Positions 36,809 to 50,680 of a stretch of 64,000 nt of DNA are shown here, one piece after another. Numbering within the stretch: the stretch's first letter is position 1; each line of letters opens with the position of its first letter. The notes below the pieces were generated by a model. The model ran no database searches and had not been told where the DNA came from. It saw only the letters and a list, made by a program, of their open reading frames with translations. Origin of the DNA: Epiperipatus broadwayi (lineage: Eukaryota; Animalia; Onychophora); contig JAQFVV010000007.1 in the NCBI GenBank assembly GCA_028023455.1, positions 15,500,001-15,564,000 of the forward strand, written 5' to 3'. The translations under genes and the position numbers were made by a program.

Positions 36809-38526
36809 TATAAAGAAGTGATGAATTTGGTAATATTTCTGAATAATACAATGTACTTATTTTAAATCTTTATTCAAGCCCATTTGGAGGGGGGGGGGGC
36901 ATTTTGCTTATTTTTTTGATTTATTAACAATATCAATCTTTAACATAAAATTGGATTTTATTAATGGTCTGAGTCTGTAAGTCAGCATGATTTTCTTTAT
37001 ATATAATAATAAAAAATCACTTCATAAAATTTTAGCAATGTAAATACGAACTTGGGATGTTATTTTGTTTCTATTTGCATTGCTATATGACGTAACTATT
37101 TTAGTTTTGGGATTTTAATAACTCATTTATTTGGCTAGAGTTTGTAATGCTAGTAGGTGCAATTGATATAAGTTGTAATAGTATATTATACGAGTATAAA
37201 TGAATATTGATTGTCCTTGTTCATTTTATTTCAATTTATAAATTGTTACAATTTGATTTATAAGTGTCAAATATTCTACGCTCATAACTTTGACACCATT
37301 CACTTCACACAATTATATTAATGATTATTATTAATCATTTATTAGATTAGAGATTATCATATTCTTAGCTCAGATATAACCTTTAAACTATTGTCTATTA
37401 CAAGTTGATCTACAAACATGATTATCACTAATTATTTATTAGGCTAGAGGTTATTATATTGCTCCTAGCTCAGATATAAACCATGTTTAAAGATTAATGT
37501 ATTTACTTTTTTAAGTAAATATACAGAGTAAGGAATATTAAGGTTTCCTATGAATAAATAGGTTGAAAGGTAGGAAATATAAAATTTCAGTAAATGTCTT
37601 CATATTGGAAACAACAAATGTGCATTTCCAAAATAAACATCATACATACATATAGGCCTCTTGATCCAGCCAGCTCTGTCATATATGGGATTCAAATCCA
37701 ATTGCAATTTGTAAAATAGCCCAATTTAGTTACTGCTGCAATTATTGATCAATGAATAAATAGGTTTCACTTTCCGTGAATACAATGGGTTATATAAAGT
37801 CCTTTTTATTTACATTACATTCTAAAGCACATATGTTTAATATAAATAATTGCAATTTCAATACATTTTTATTTTATTTTACTAATTAATTATTTAATTT
37901 GTAAGTAATTATCTGCATTTATTTATGAGGTTAATTATGTTAGTTTGTATATAAATGCAGCTAATAATTTTTCAGCAAATAAAATACTTGTTAATTTTTT
38001 ATTTTTAATCAAAAGGAGGGAGATATTTTAGAATATCTTGTTTTCACCTTCTTAATTATATTAATTATTATGATGATTTTTTTCCAATCATAATATGTAA
38101 ATTTTTACTGAAGCAAAATAGTTAATTTTTAATTTTCAAAAGGGGTTTAGATTGAAAAGTGTAGAATGGAAAAAACATTTTTTGGAAATATTTCGTACTC
38201 CGAGAAAAAAAAAATCTTATATTTTCTCCCAAAAATTGTTTATACACAGTTTGTATAATTGAATTTTCATCCAGAATTAATTTTTGGATTCCACACATTA
38301 TACTTATTGATCAGGTAACATATAACCATTCTACTGATGTTGATTTTCAGATTCTCTGTTAGGAGATGATGGAGATATCTTTTTCCTATAATGGGGTATT
38401 TAGAGGCTATTTTATTTAGTTTTACATCGATTTAAATGAATAACAGTTTTAGCATATCTCTTTATTTTACTTACCTTATTTGAAGCTGTTCCTTTTCTCG
38501 TGAGGTAATTTATTTACAAATCAGTA

Positions 38527-38649
38527 CCCCCTATGGCTTAGTGCAGCGGTAGAGATGTAGACTGCAGCTCAAGGTCCATGGATTGTGTCTCAATGCTGTC
38601 TTTTCCGATGTTTGAACTTCTAATGCCCGAGTAATAAACCATATGATTA
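38527..38649 (+). mobile_element. tRNA-derived SINE copy
   Basis: ttagtgcagcggtagag..gcagctcaaggtccatggatt..tgaacttctaatgcccgagtaataaaccatatgatta. Confidence 0.7.
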
Positions 38650-38769
38650 TTATTTTTTTGTTAAGAGTTATTTAATTTACAATTACTTAGCCATATTTTA
38701 ATTAGTAAAGTTTTTGAAAATTATTCGCACTACTAAATATATATAGACAGAGATCATTATTTTAAGTCT

Positions 38770-38920
38770 TTACGAGGGCCAGGTAAACTATTGATATTTA
38801 ATTAAATTTAAAATGGAGAATTATCCCATATGGAACAAAGATAATGTGGTTTATTAGGTTTCTTAACACAATAAAAGAGCTATCAAACTCACTCATTAAA
38901 TATTTTATATCCAAGATCCT
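38770..38920 (+). repeat. Interspersed repeat, second copy at about 42790-42945
   Basis: atttaaaatggagaa.tat.cc..ggaaca..acaataaaagag..tcactc..attaaata..ttatatc shared by both loci. Confidence 0.65.
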
Positions 38921-38936
38921 ATATATATATATATAT

Positions 38937-41900
38937 TGTAACGCTCTATCTCGTATGGTCCCAACTACGTAACGTAAGTGCACTGAGAATCGTAACCTCG
39001 ATCACTGATCAATTCCCGCTACACATTGTCAGCTATTAAGAGCTGTATCCAAAAGCATATTATGCTTTCTATTTTATGTACCAAAGACCACAACCAACAT
39101 CTGGAGCAACTTATCACAGACCAAACTAATGATCTAACAAACTTTTTATGATTTAATTTGATCGCAGCCAGGGTGTACCGCGATGACCTATCATAGTAGT
39201 ATGATAAAATACAGTAAACAAATTATAAGTGTAATGTTATTATTTTTCAAACCTTAATTTGCGATTTTTATTGTATGAGACCCGATGGCCGACCATGTAC
39301 AAGATGGCATAATTTGTGGAACTACATAAGATTATGAAATTTTAAACCATCTATATGATTTTTAATACAAATGCTAGTCCAGGTAAAGCTCTTTTTTTTA
39401 TAGTTTACTATAACACTGAGACTCTTTTTATACTGACAAATGACCATTTAAAATGTTAAGTAAATATATTCAATCATATCATTATTTGGTAAATCGGTTT
39501 ACAGGTTTACCAATCAATTTGTATTGTATACTAGAATCAACTACGCAAAGCCAAAATGATGGAAAAGGTAAATGGGATTTTATTGTACCCCACACATCAT
39601 AAACTACCAAAGACTAAAAGCATCCAAATGTTTTTTCAAATATCACTAAACTTTTATATCATGTTGACGATAGTATGTACTTCAATGTATGCTCTATCCA
39701 AGGTTTTTTTTCTGATTTTAAGAATGACACATAGCAATGGCACAGTAAGTTTAATTATAAATCAACGTTTATTTACAGATTTATGAATAATAAGTAATTA
39801 ATTCTAACGTTATGATTAAAGACATAAATAAACAAATAAAATAAATAAATTATAATTCCATCGACTTTCTTCAATAACATATCATAGGTATGGCTTTAAA
39901 AACCTAATCATACCTTATTTCAATTTGATATAATGAATCTTGAGCAAATTATACTAAATTCAACATCAACTCATGAAATATTTAACGTCATTTCCAGATT
40001 CAATAAATCCATACCGTAAACTTATAATAATATAATAAATAATATTATATCTGTAGGATTTAGCTATAATGTAATCATTAAATAAAATGAAAATTTAAAC
40101 TTACACTCCGGTAAATAATAATCAACCGACAGTTAATTATTATGAAGTAACTTGAATAGAATGTCCTGCTACAATTTGACGATCTAACTTATGAACTATA
40201 CTTTATAAATGGAAGAAGATGATTTAGCAGATTAACTAAAATACTTTGCCCAACTTATATCTATGAAGTAAAACATATTCCTGTGGATGCATTCATCTAC
40301 ACATAGGAATTAAATAATACTAAACGCTTTGTGGATTGATACACCATCATAAAGTAATACATATAATTACACAATTCCGCGGATTAACCACCAGCACTGG
40401 AATGAGTGTAAAATACAAAAATGGCAATTAAATAATCTGCGGATTAACCACCGGCACAGATTAATGCCTTTTAACATTTATAAAACAACATTACTATTTA
40501 CCTCATATTAAAGTGCAAAATCATCCTCCTCGGTTATTCTGATCATTCAGAAAACACTAACACTTTAGCAAATGTGGGTTCTTGCATAATAAAATGTTAC
40601 ACTAATCAGGACAACTAATGTACTAATTTATCTTGCTTAAAATAAAACATGTGTAATGCAATATAAATAATATTAGCATAGGAATATAAATCTGGAAAGA
40701 CTCACAAAATACCTCACAAAGATTGATACATCTCATGAATTCATTTAGTACTTTTCAAGCTTTTTCGCAAACACTATTCTCTTGAATAAATATTTTATTC
40801 AACCCCTATTAATTTAAACTTAATAAAATATAACTTATGAACTTCACATGCAAGTTCATATAACGATAAAATTAAAGTAATGAATTATTCATCAAATACA
40901 TAAAATCTAATGGGTGTGTGTGTGATATAAATTAAATGTATAGCATTTTATAGTCCAATACATGAATTTTAGCAGGTGTGTGTGTCACAAATTAGATTGT
41001 ATAGCATTTTATAACTACAAATACGATCCGTGAAATCCATGTACGATGTGTCGAACAATAAATGTACGAAGTAATAGCTATAATTATCGTTGAATTTCCT
41101 ACATGTAATTTTATCCATTTGTGTTAGTTATTATAATCACTATTAGATTAACGATTTTACGTGGCTCCATAAACATGAAACAATTTCAAAAACATGACTT
41201 GCAGAATTTAAATGAAAATGTTTTTCATAAGTTATTAATTTCTATATTTCTCTATTAAAAATGTTCCAAGTTTATCACATCCATGCTAAATATTTATTTA
41301 TCCACACTTAAATCTAGGAATAATAATTACAGCAATTAATTCAATCATTCCAAACTGACGATAAAATTAGAAAATAGCTTTGATCAATTATTTGAAGACT
41401 GTTTATTATCCAAATGGCAAACAAATTAACTAGCAAATATATTACTGGCATTATAAAGTTAAATATCAATCAATACTATATTTTTATTAGAATTAGAAAT
41501 GGAAATATTAAACTATGTTGATAACTTTAACATTTTACTTTAATTTAAACTTCTTTTTTAAAAAGCAAATTTTCATATTTATAAAACTTTTGTAATTAAA
41601 ATACTTATTTAAATTTTCCAAATTGTAGAACAATAAACATTTTAAAACATACCAAACTCTTGCAATTAATCCTTTTAAACTGGGAAGCTCCGACATTTTA
41701 AATGTAATATTGGGAAATTATTACCGGTGATTTGATCTACTTGGCCAGCCGACTTGAACAGACTTTTAAATTTAGCAATTCATCTTATAATTAAATACCA
41801 CAATATTATTTTTACATTTATAGAAAATTTGTGGTAATCCGTTTACTTGTTAACTATTTTAAAATAAGCTTATCAAATTTATACCATTTGCCTTTTTACC

Positions 41901-42342
41901 ATTCTCTTTTCTTTCCTCCCTTTTCTCCCTCCAAAAGCAAAACTAACAGATGATCTTCTCTTAAATTCACGCTCTTTTCTTTTTTACATTGAGACGCATA
42001 CGTAATTACTGTATTTATTTTTAATAATTTATTTTAATTGAACAAATGGTTTTGTTAATTCAAATGAAATAATTTTTAAGATCATTTTAAATAAATAAAA
42101 CAAAATATTATTTTTTAATACTATTTTACCAAATTAAATGTGTTGTCAAAATTTTTTAAAAAGTTAAACATTATGATATGAAGTAGGATATGGAACGAAG
42201 CAAATTTAAATTTATTAAAATAATGTAAGAGAGTAATCTGTTCAAAGCACAAATCAAGCCAATCAAATCACCAAAGAAGACAGAGAAATTTTTTAATAAG
42301 TTACATCAATTATTATATTTTATGCTAAAATATATGGTTACA
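38937..42342. mobile_element. 3.4-kb element with TGTAAC...GTTACA ends inserted in (AT)n; large solo-LTR-like or non-autonomous TG..CA element
   Basis: Exact 6-bp inverted termini; (AT)n on both sides; CpGs retained throughout; internal ~60-bp tandem repeats at about 40377-40460 and 40912-41020; no direct LTR pair and no intact ORF. Confidence 0.55.
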
Positions 42343-42364
42343 ATATATATATATATATGAATAA

Positions 42365-42655
42365 AGTATGGAGAGCTATATATTGGAAGTAATAAAAAGG
42401 TACTGAAAGGAAAATAGTTGGATGAGAAAATCAACAAATATCATTGACATTAATGAAAGAATTAGAAGCTTAAAATGGGAGCTGGGCTGATTTTATTGCT
42501 AAAAAAAATAATAATAGATGGGCAGTTGAAGTCTTAAATTGGATCCCAAGAGATTATAAAAGACCCAGAAACATATCATATGTGAGCTGGGTGGATGAAA
42601 TACCAAAATTTATTAATGAGATGTCGAGAAGCTGTGGGTTGATGATGATTGAAAA
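42365..42655 (+). mobile_element. Degenerate RTE 3' fragment
   Basis: gaaagaattagaagcttaaaatgggagctgggctg..gtcttaaattggatcccaagagattataaaagaccc..gatgatgat. Confidence 0.75.
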
Positions 42656-45002
42656 TGAGTACACACTGGAAAAAGTTTTATTAATAAAATAAGTATGTTC
42701 TTTTTTACTTTTAATAGCAGATTTTTACCACTTTTAGCAATTCCTTTTAATGATTGGATTGGTGTAATGGTTTGATTTAAATGGTTATGTGGGCAAAATA
42801 TTGATAGTTAATTTAAAATGGAGAACTATTCCTTGAAGGAACAATGGTAACATGATTTTTTTGGGAGCATATCACAATAAAAGAGTCACTGAATTCACTC
42901 TGTAATTAAATACATTATATCTGAGAGGTGCCTTATATATACTGAAAAGTTTTACTATTAAACTATATACATTTTTTCACTTCAAATTACAGAAAATCTT
43001 TACTGCTTTACTTTTTCAATCTTTACTTTTTCTATTTTTTAAATGATTGCTTTGATGTAGCTGTTTTAATTGTATACTAATAATTTTAATCGCACATAAA
43101 TAATAATTTACTGTTGATTAAATAAATAACATTTAGGAATATAAATACTTCATGAAACAATCATGTCCGAATATATTACTAGAGCAAAATTTGCAAGCAG
43201 ATTCCAAAGAATCATTATAAAATAAACTTGTAAGTACATTCATCTTTTCATATATCAATGCCAATTCATGTTGTCTGTTTTAATTATTTAGTAATTAATA
43301 TTTAAAAAAGACTTTGTAACAGTCACACTACTAGCTGTGATTTTGCAATAAGTGGATGCCTTTTGATTACTTTCACTCTGTTACAGCTATTTATAGTATT
43401 CATATACTGGATTTGCATTTATTTGATGCAGAAACTAAAACATATACTGATTTTTTAGTTAAAAAAAACTGTAGATGTCATTATCTAATAAAAATAAGTT
43501 AATGATGGTTCTGATTGGCAGATTCTTTGTTCTCAGGCCACCAAAACTCTTGAAAGAGCTTTTAGGAGTGAGTTTTATTTTTTTATATCATGTCAAAAAG
43601 AAAAATTGTATACTTTTTATAGGTTGTTTATTTATTTATGATTATTTTAAAAAAATATTTATTTCTTTTAAAATGAATGTGTTCATAATTATAGTCAGAT
43701 TTTATTTGAAAATGTTTGTTTTTAAGAAGAAAAGTAAAGAAAAATGTTTAGATAAAAAAAAAAAAAGACTAGTTATAAAAAATACTTTCACAAACATTGT
43801 AAGTTTTTTTGTTTGTCATTTTTTAATAATTATAAGTGCAATTTCAAATCATAGAATAGAATTTCATTGCTTTATAATGATTTATTAATCATTCATTTGC
43901 ATTTTAGAAATGTAATTCTAATAAATATTTCATCCAACAAATATTTCATTCACTAAAATATTTTTAGTGGCAATGTAGCAATCATCCAATGAGAAAAAAG
44001 CTTTGTCCAATTACATATTGCAGTTTATTATCTTTTTTTCTATATTTGAAAAATCAAGCATTATTTTTAAAAATGTTTTTCATTTGCTAACTTATATTTC
44101 TAATAAATAATTAAAATTGTTTGATATAAACTTAAAAATAAAATCTTGGAAATATAACCCAAATGCTGTTAGAGACTGTCAAAAAAGGGCTTATAGAAAG
44201 TGATAGTGAAAGCATTAAAGCATCAACAAATAATTATAAAAATTTTGAAATATATATTATGTGAAATGATTTGTAGTTTAAGGATTAGCATACTTACCTG
44301 TGCTCCACAATTTTGCTATATACCATCAATTATTTAGGAATAAAGAAACACCTAGCTATTGGATACTAGGGGATAACAGAATTAAAAAAAGACCCCATAA
44401 AAATCACTGGTAAGATGTTGTCTTTTATTGACTCTCCCTAGAGGAATGCTACGTGAGTCCTTATCTGTCAATGGGATATTGAAGATTGTTAATCTTCATA
44501 TAATTAGGCATAGCAACAATATAAGAATTATTAAAATTTATGATAAAATATCTCCAGGAAAAAGTTCTCTTAAACAGCATCTCAAAGGAGCAAAGAAAAG
44601 TTCATTCTCATATGATTAGCCAATTAGCAGGTGATGAGAATTTGAATCTCTTTCATTATTACTTTAACATTTAGCTTAAGAATAACTACTTATGGATTGG
44701 CTGGACTGATTATGGGCCAGCTGTCTGGAAAAAAAATATAAGATTGTTGAAGAAAAGATTTTTAAGTTTTCTCAGTCCTTATTTAAATGTAAGTCATATG
44801 CCTAGAAGATGGATATGTTATTTTTATACTTCAAAATTATTTGTAATAAAATGGCTACTTAACTCTTTTTATAAGTGTTTGGGTAGTTGTGTGGATTATT
44901 AATATGAACTCATTTAATCATCTATAATGGTACTAAATATTAAGGCCCTAAAATAAAGGATGTCAGGCATTGGAACTGTTATCTCTGGCAATGATAAAAT
45001 TG

Positions 45003-45118
45003 CCCTGTATGGATTAGGTGCAATGGTAGGATTTTCAGATTCTGGATCTCAAGTTCATAGCCTAATTCTGTCATCCCCACTGGTTGAACTTCTTATGAAC
45101 TCCTGAGCAATAATTAAT
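45003..45118 (+). mobile_element. tRNA-derived SINE copy
   Basis: ccctgtatgg..ggtgcaatggtag..cagattctggatctcaag..gaacttcttatgaactcctgagcaataa. Confidence 0.7.
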
Positions 45119-46765
45119 TTATTTCATGATAAAATATTCTTTATTAACAAAACATTACTGCTTAGTTTTCTCAACATGCATTCAGGCAAAAAAAATGGAC
45201 ATACACACACACACACAATCAATCTTTTTAAAAAAACCTCTTTAAAGTACAATAATATTTTAGTTTATCTTATGTTAAATATGAGTTATGATAAGATTAT
45301 TTGTAGATAATTCTGTATTTAAAGGTTTGCTTTATTTTAATCATCTTATCAAGGAACGACATAATTGCAGGAGATTTTTAAACATTGTTTTTTTTATACA
45401 CTGTTCCTATGTTTTATACCTCCATCATATTGTTACTGAATGAATTCTCAGAATGAGAATGGCCGAATGTATATCATTCTTTTTTCTACGTATACTTATG
45501 TTTTGTTTTTTTTTTAAGTTTTTCTGGATTTTTATAACATGGATATTCTTATGATCAGTAAGTAATTAAAAACATAAACAGCTTAAAATAACTGACTGCT
45601 GGATGAATATTCTTCCTTTAAAAAATCATAAGATGGCATTAATGGTCAGACTAATCAGTTGTTGATAGACAAGATGTTTTTATTTCTTCATTTATTGTTG
45701 AGATAATCAAAGCTAAATATTCATTTATCAACCAATAATCAGATGGATAGTTGCATAGGTTTCAAAATATTTGGCAAAAAAAATTAAAAATTCTAATCTT
45801 TCTTACGAATATTTAGCATTCTCACAGTTCTATACGGAGATAATCTCAGGTCATGACTATAGTAAATGGGATATATTAATCATTGTGCCAACATACACAA
45901 TGGATCTCATTTAGAATCTGACTGATGATTAGTTCTCTCTTCAAGATGCCTAAAATATATAGTAAAAATATAGGTCGTCTATTCATCACAAAAATTTTAT
46001 ACTGCTAGTATGTCCAGGTCATGATTTATGAATCAAAATGTACAGTTCACAATGGAATAGCATACAATGTTAAATTTTAATTGTAAATTGGGAAAAACCA
46101 CTATCAAACATTTGAAAATATTCAAACTGTTGGGAGGGAAGCCATGAGTTCAAAAAAACATTTTTATGCAAATTGCAAGATTGTGTGTTTGTAGGGAGCA
46201 TTGAAGATGAACCACAATGATAGAAAAGTTAAATATCACATTTCATCTCAGATCATGTGTTATATATATGCTAATCCTTTAAACTTTTTATGGTGAGTAA
46301 CTGAACCATGTTTCTACATGACACCTGTTGATACTTGGAGAAACAGTTCTCTTTTCATCAAGAAACATTCTGTATATGTAGTAGTGATAATTATTTTCAG
46401 CTTAATTTATTGATGTCGTCTGTATAGGGAGAAATTCATGTTATTAACCCAACTTGCTTATTATCATAAGTTAAACTTTTTTTTCCTTCAGTTATTTGAA
46501 ATATTTTCAAGCAAGATTGGAATGGTTTTGGATAGCTAGATCATGGGTGAGCTAGCTAGCCAGCAGTTTACTGTAACATGATGTAGCCTATACTATTGTT
46601 AAGAAGAGGTCATACTTCTACTGTTAAATTGTGATTTACTGTTATATGGACATGCCCTCCACTACTACAATATCCAACTTCAAATATTTATTTATTTGGT
46701 GAGTTACTAAGATCATAGGATGCCTTGAATACCAGTGATGAAGGCTGATCAAATGCCAAGCTCAT

Positions 46766-46965
46766 TTTGGTACAGTTGGTATGGTGTCTGATGGGATCAG
46801 GCAGTGCCAGGAGCGATTCTGGTGCTTTCAGATCTGCCCCTCGACTCCTAGGCAATAAAATCTTATGCCTTTTGCCCTATGCAGTTCTGATTTAGGATCG
46901 GGAGTTTCCAGGATTGATTCTGTTGTCTGGTCTTCTTATAAACTCCCAAGCAATAAAGCCATTAG
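46766..46965 (+). mobile_element. Head-to-tail pair of tRNA-derived SINE copies (about 46766-46865 and 46874-46965)
   Basis: Both end in ..actcc(t/c)a(g/a)gcaataaa. Confidence 0.6.
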
Positions 46966-49633
46966 TCTTTTACCCCCCCCCCCCAATATTTAGCTTTTGA
47001 AATGACTGCTCTCATACTGATAGTATGCACGGCTTAAGACAAAAATTATATTTTCTCTGCAAACTAGCTAAGGGTCAAGAGTAATTTTACAAAATTCTCA
47101 CTAAATGAATTTATGCGTAAATATGGTTTAGAATACCCAAACTATGCATATATATGCAAGGAGTTCATGTCTTCTAAAGTGTTACATATTTTAAGTTTAG
47201 CAAACCTATTTTAGGTCATACATCTTTCATAAACATCTGTTTGAAAAGAAATTACAATCAGAAATGCTCAGTTTGTTTCCACGAATGATTTATTAATTTC
47301 GCAAATAAAAAAACTTTTTTTTATTTAAGAAAAAAGTAATTCTGAAAAGATCAATATTTTTTTATTCTTTCAGAAAAGTGCATAAATTTAATTCTTAAAA
47401 TTATTTATTTTTTTTTGTTTAATCTTTGTAATATTATTTATTTTTCTTTAAAGGAATCCATAATTGGATAATTTAAAGTAACCACTTTTAAGTTGCATGT
47501 ATTTTGTTTATTATATTTTTGTGACTATTTTTTTTTTTTCCAATTTTAGTTGAAGTAAATTGATCGACAACAGAATTTTTCTAACTAAGAGAAAGAAATT
47601 AATCAGAGTCATGCAAGAAATGAAAAGCCTCAAATTAATATCAAGATCTTCTGCTTAAGTGGCTAGAGACGGTTATAATTTTGAAGAATTGTCTTTGGTA
47701 GGGATCTGAGAGGGAAAGAGGTTGCGAGTCGAGTCCTCCTTAGAGTATTTTTGTAACAATATAATGGTTTGAGCTTTATCATTCAATTATGAAATAATTT
47801 TAGGTAATATGAATGCTAGAAATTTTCATGTGAAGGAAATTATTGATAATACATCAGTTCGATTAAATGTAGACAATTGTGCTTTAGCTGGAAATATTAT
47901 TTCTCTGCATTTTGAAGCATTAAAAAAAATCTATATATTTTGTATTTTATTTATAAATAAAAGTATAAACATTCCATTTAATAAGTTTGAAACATCTGTG
48001 TGTGTTTTTATGTACATTATATATATGTGTATTGTTATAGACATTATAAAAGACAATGGTTTTTTTAATTAGATTCTCTTAAAAAAAAGTGTGCCGTTGT
48101 AAAGAGATGACAGGTATTCTGTAAAAAGATGGCTGATATTCTCTTTCCAAACCTGCATGTGACAGTGTGTTTTATGTCTTAACACATGATGAAACAATAT
48201 GCCAACTGCAAAAATATTACTGAAATTATGAAATGGTAGTGAAGCCACGAATTGCATGAGTTATCATACACTATGTAAAACTTTGTGATACTAGTTGAAG
48301 CAGTGAAGATAATCTACAGAGATATGAAGCACTATTATTTTTCTTGGAGTAGCTCATCATCTAGACATGTCAATACTTAAAATCTTTGTGATGAATAATT
48401 AAATTACATTGCTTTATAACATATGATTAATGTTGCAGTGCAAACAGTTTGGAGAGAAAACCATACTGTATATGTTTAAGGTGCTAGGTTACCCAAGTAA
48501 ATGTTAAGCTGGTTAATAAGTTATATTGATAATGTTAATTCCAAGGCCATTGTAATATAACAACATAATGGAAAAATGTCCAGAGAAAAGTTTAAAATTC
48601 TGAAAAAATTGAATTTTCATTTATAAATTGTTAGAGATATTGACGATGTTAATGTTATTCCTGGTTAATTGTGTTAAATTAAAAGAAAGATTTTAAAAAA
48701 AAACTTGGATTATTCTCTTGGAAGGCGTTTTTTTATAATGTATGCATATGTACATGTAGTATATATAATTAAATTATGAGCTTATTTCAGTGTGATGTTG
48801 TCTCAATCAAAAGTGAAAGCCACATCATATTATACTCAATTTTTTTTTTTTCATAATTGGTGCATGAACATTTGCCTCAGGTTAACCAGAGATCATCATC
48901 ACATACTTAACGATAATTTGATATAAATTTAGTACTCAATTCTGAATTTTTAGTTGTGTTAGTTATGGGCTACATGCTTGAATGAAAATTTTGAAGTAAT
49001 TTTAACCTGAAAAAGTTTTTCCCATTCATCTAGTTTAAATTTGAACCTGGTCAGAGCTGATCATAAACCATAAAGTTCTTCACATGTGAAATAGGCTAGG
49101 GAAATATTTGCTTACCAATGCAGACTTTTGTGAAATGGAGAGAAAATAAAAAGCTAGTCAAAAATACTGATGTTAGTAGTGATAAGAGAAAAAGAGAGTT
49201 ACTAATAAAAACGGAAGAGGATGATGAAGGATTTTTAAGAAATTGGAATGACGAAAAATAGAATGCAATAATGAAAAATCAAAACAAAAATCAGAAGTGA
49301 GTGGGAAACATGTAACATAGCTTTATTTTTATAAATAAAATGATTTGTTTAAAGAAAAACAATATATTTTTATAATAATTAAAATCGTCTTCATTAATAA
49401 ATAAAAATTTTAAGAATTTGTAAAAGAATTCACATATGCAAATGAAAGATTTAATTTTTATTGTTTAAAATTATTTTAGAAAATATTGAAATTAATAAAA
49501 TTGTAAAGAACGAAGAAGTTGTAAATAGAATATTTATAAACTTTATAAAGGGGGTAAAAACTTCATTAAAAAAAAAAAGATGAAATATAGACAGAGGGGA
49601 TTATTTTCAATATACATTTTCCTTCTTCAGTGT

Positions 49634-49987
49634 CATTCAAATATCAGCCTTTCAAACTAATTGTGCATACGGCTTTTGCGAATGTTAATAATAATAAATG
49701 AATAGTTCCCTCTCCAATACAAGATAATAGTATTTATGCAGAAATAAAATGAATCCATTTATTCCTGCAACTCAAATGCTTATATATGAGCAAATCTGAA
49801 GTACTGGCAAGGAAAGCAGTGCTTCAGATTTGCTCATATATAAGCATTTGAGTTGTAGGAATAAATGGATTCATTTTATTCCTGTATAAATACTATATCT
49901 TGTATTGGAGAGGGAAGTATTCATTCATTATTATTAACACTCACAAAAGCGTATGCACAATTAGCTTGAAAGGCTGATATTTGAATG
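49634..49987. repeat. Long near-perfect hairpin (arms about 172 bp, 10-nt loop)
   Basis: 49634-49806 is the reverse complement of 49817-49987 with scattered substitutions; loop gcaaggaaag. Confidence 0.9.
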
Positions 49988-50555
49988 TAATACAATTGTA
50001 AACATGCGCTATATAAAAATAAATGCTTCTTCCATGTCATAAATGCCATAATGTGTAGCTCATTCCTAAAAGTAGTAATAGATCAAAGGGTATTCTGACC
50101 ATGTGATCATTATTTGTAATATTTTGTCATTGTTCATTATAATATTATAGTTTTAGAGCTATATCATGCATCTTTAACTTGCATATACTTTTTTACGTTT
50201 TTCATAATCTTAATATTTAAGTATTTTAAATGTTATTACTTCTATTTAATTTCTCATTTTTAAATATTAAAGATATGTGTAATTATTTTAATTTGTATAA
50301 TCCAGTGATAGTTATTCAAATAGTCAAAACATGTTCAGAAGTAAAATATTTTAAGAGTCTGCCTTATATGTAAGAATCAGTGACAAATTGATTGCAATTC
50401 TTTCTACAGTCGCTTAAAACCCTGTCCTGAAATCTATATAATAAACTGAAACTCTGCATTCTTTATATTTGTAATAAAAGCCTAATAGGTTAGTGAACTG
50501 CAGAGTAACTGATTATTTAGGAATAAAGAATATTATAAGTTTCTTTTACTTCTGG

Positions 50556-50680
50556 CCCTATATAGTTTTGTGCACTGGCAGCAAATATTCTGGATTGTAA
50601 GATTTTCAAATTGATTCCAGTTTTAACATTTTCGATGCTCAAACTTCTTATAACTCTCAAACAGTAAAGCTGCTTGATTA
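50556..50680 (+). mobile_element. tRNA-derived SINE copy
   Basis: ccctatatagttttgtgcactgg..attgattcc..gatgctcaaacttcttataactc..cagtaaagc..ttgatta. Confidence 0.6.

Noticed and set aside
38937-39110. Short 5' LTR plus PBS (…CAACA-TCTGGAGC) of a complete LTR retrotransposon
   Set aside because: No matching direct repeat at the other end and no gag/pol motifs, so a full LTR element cannot be claimed.
43475-43888. 137-aa ORF
   Set aside because: Low-complexity F/K/I-rich translation of AT-rich DNA, with no motif or splice support.
44452-44462. 11-nt microexon-like ccctag-AGGAATGCTAC-gtgagt
   Set aside because: Not a multiple of three, no UGC motif upstream, and the nearest upstream donor gives an implausibly short 32-nt intron.
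46730-46772. Hammerhead-like TACCA-GTGATGA-AGGC...GCC-AAGC...TGGTA
   Set aside because: C3 and the GAAA half are wrong, and the 3' stem I strand belongs to the adjacent SINE head, so the pairing may be coincidental.
47650-47745. tRNA-like words TGGTAG ... GGTTGCGAGTCGAGTCC
   Set aside because: No acceptor or anticodon stem pairing; at most a SINE relic.
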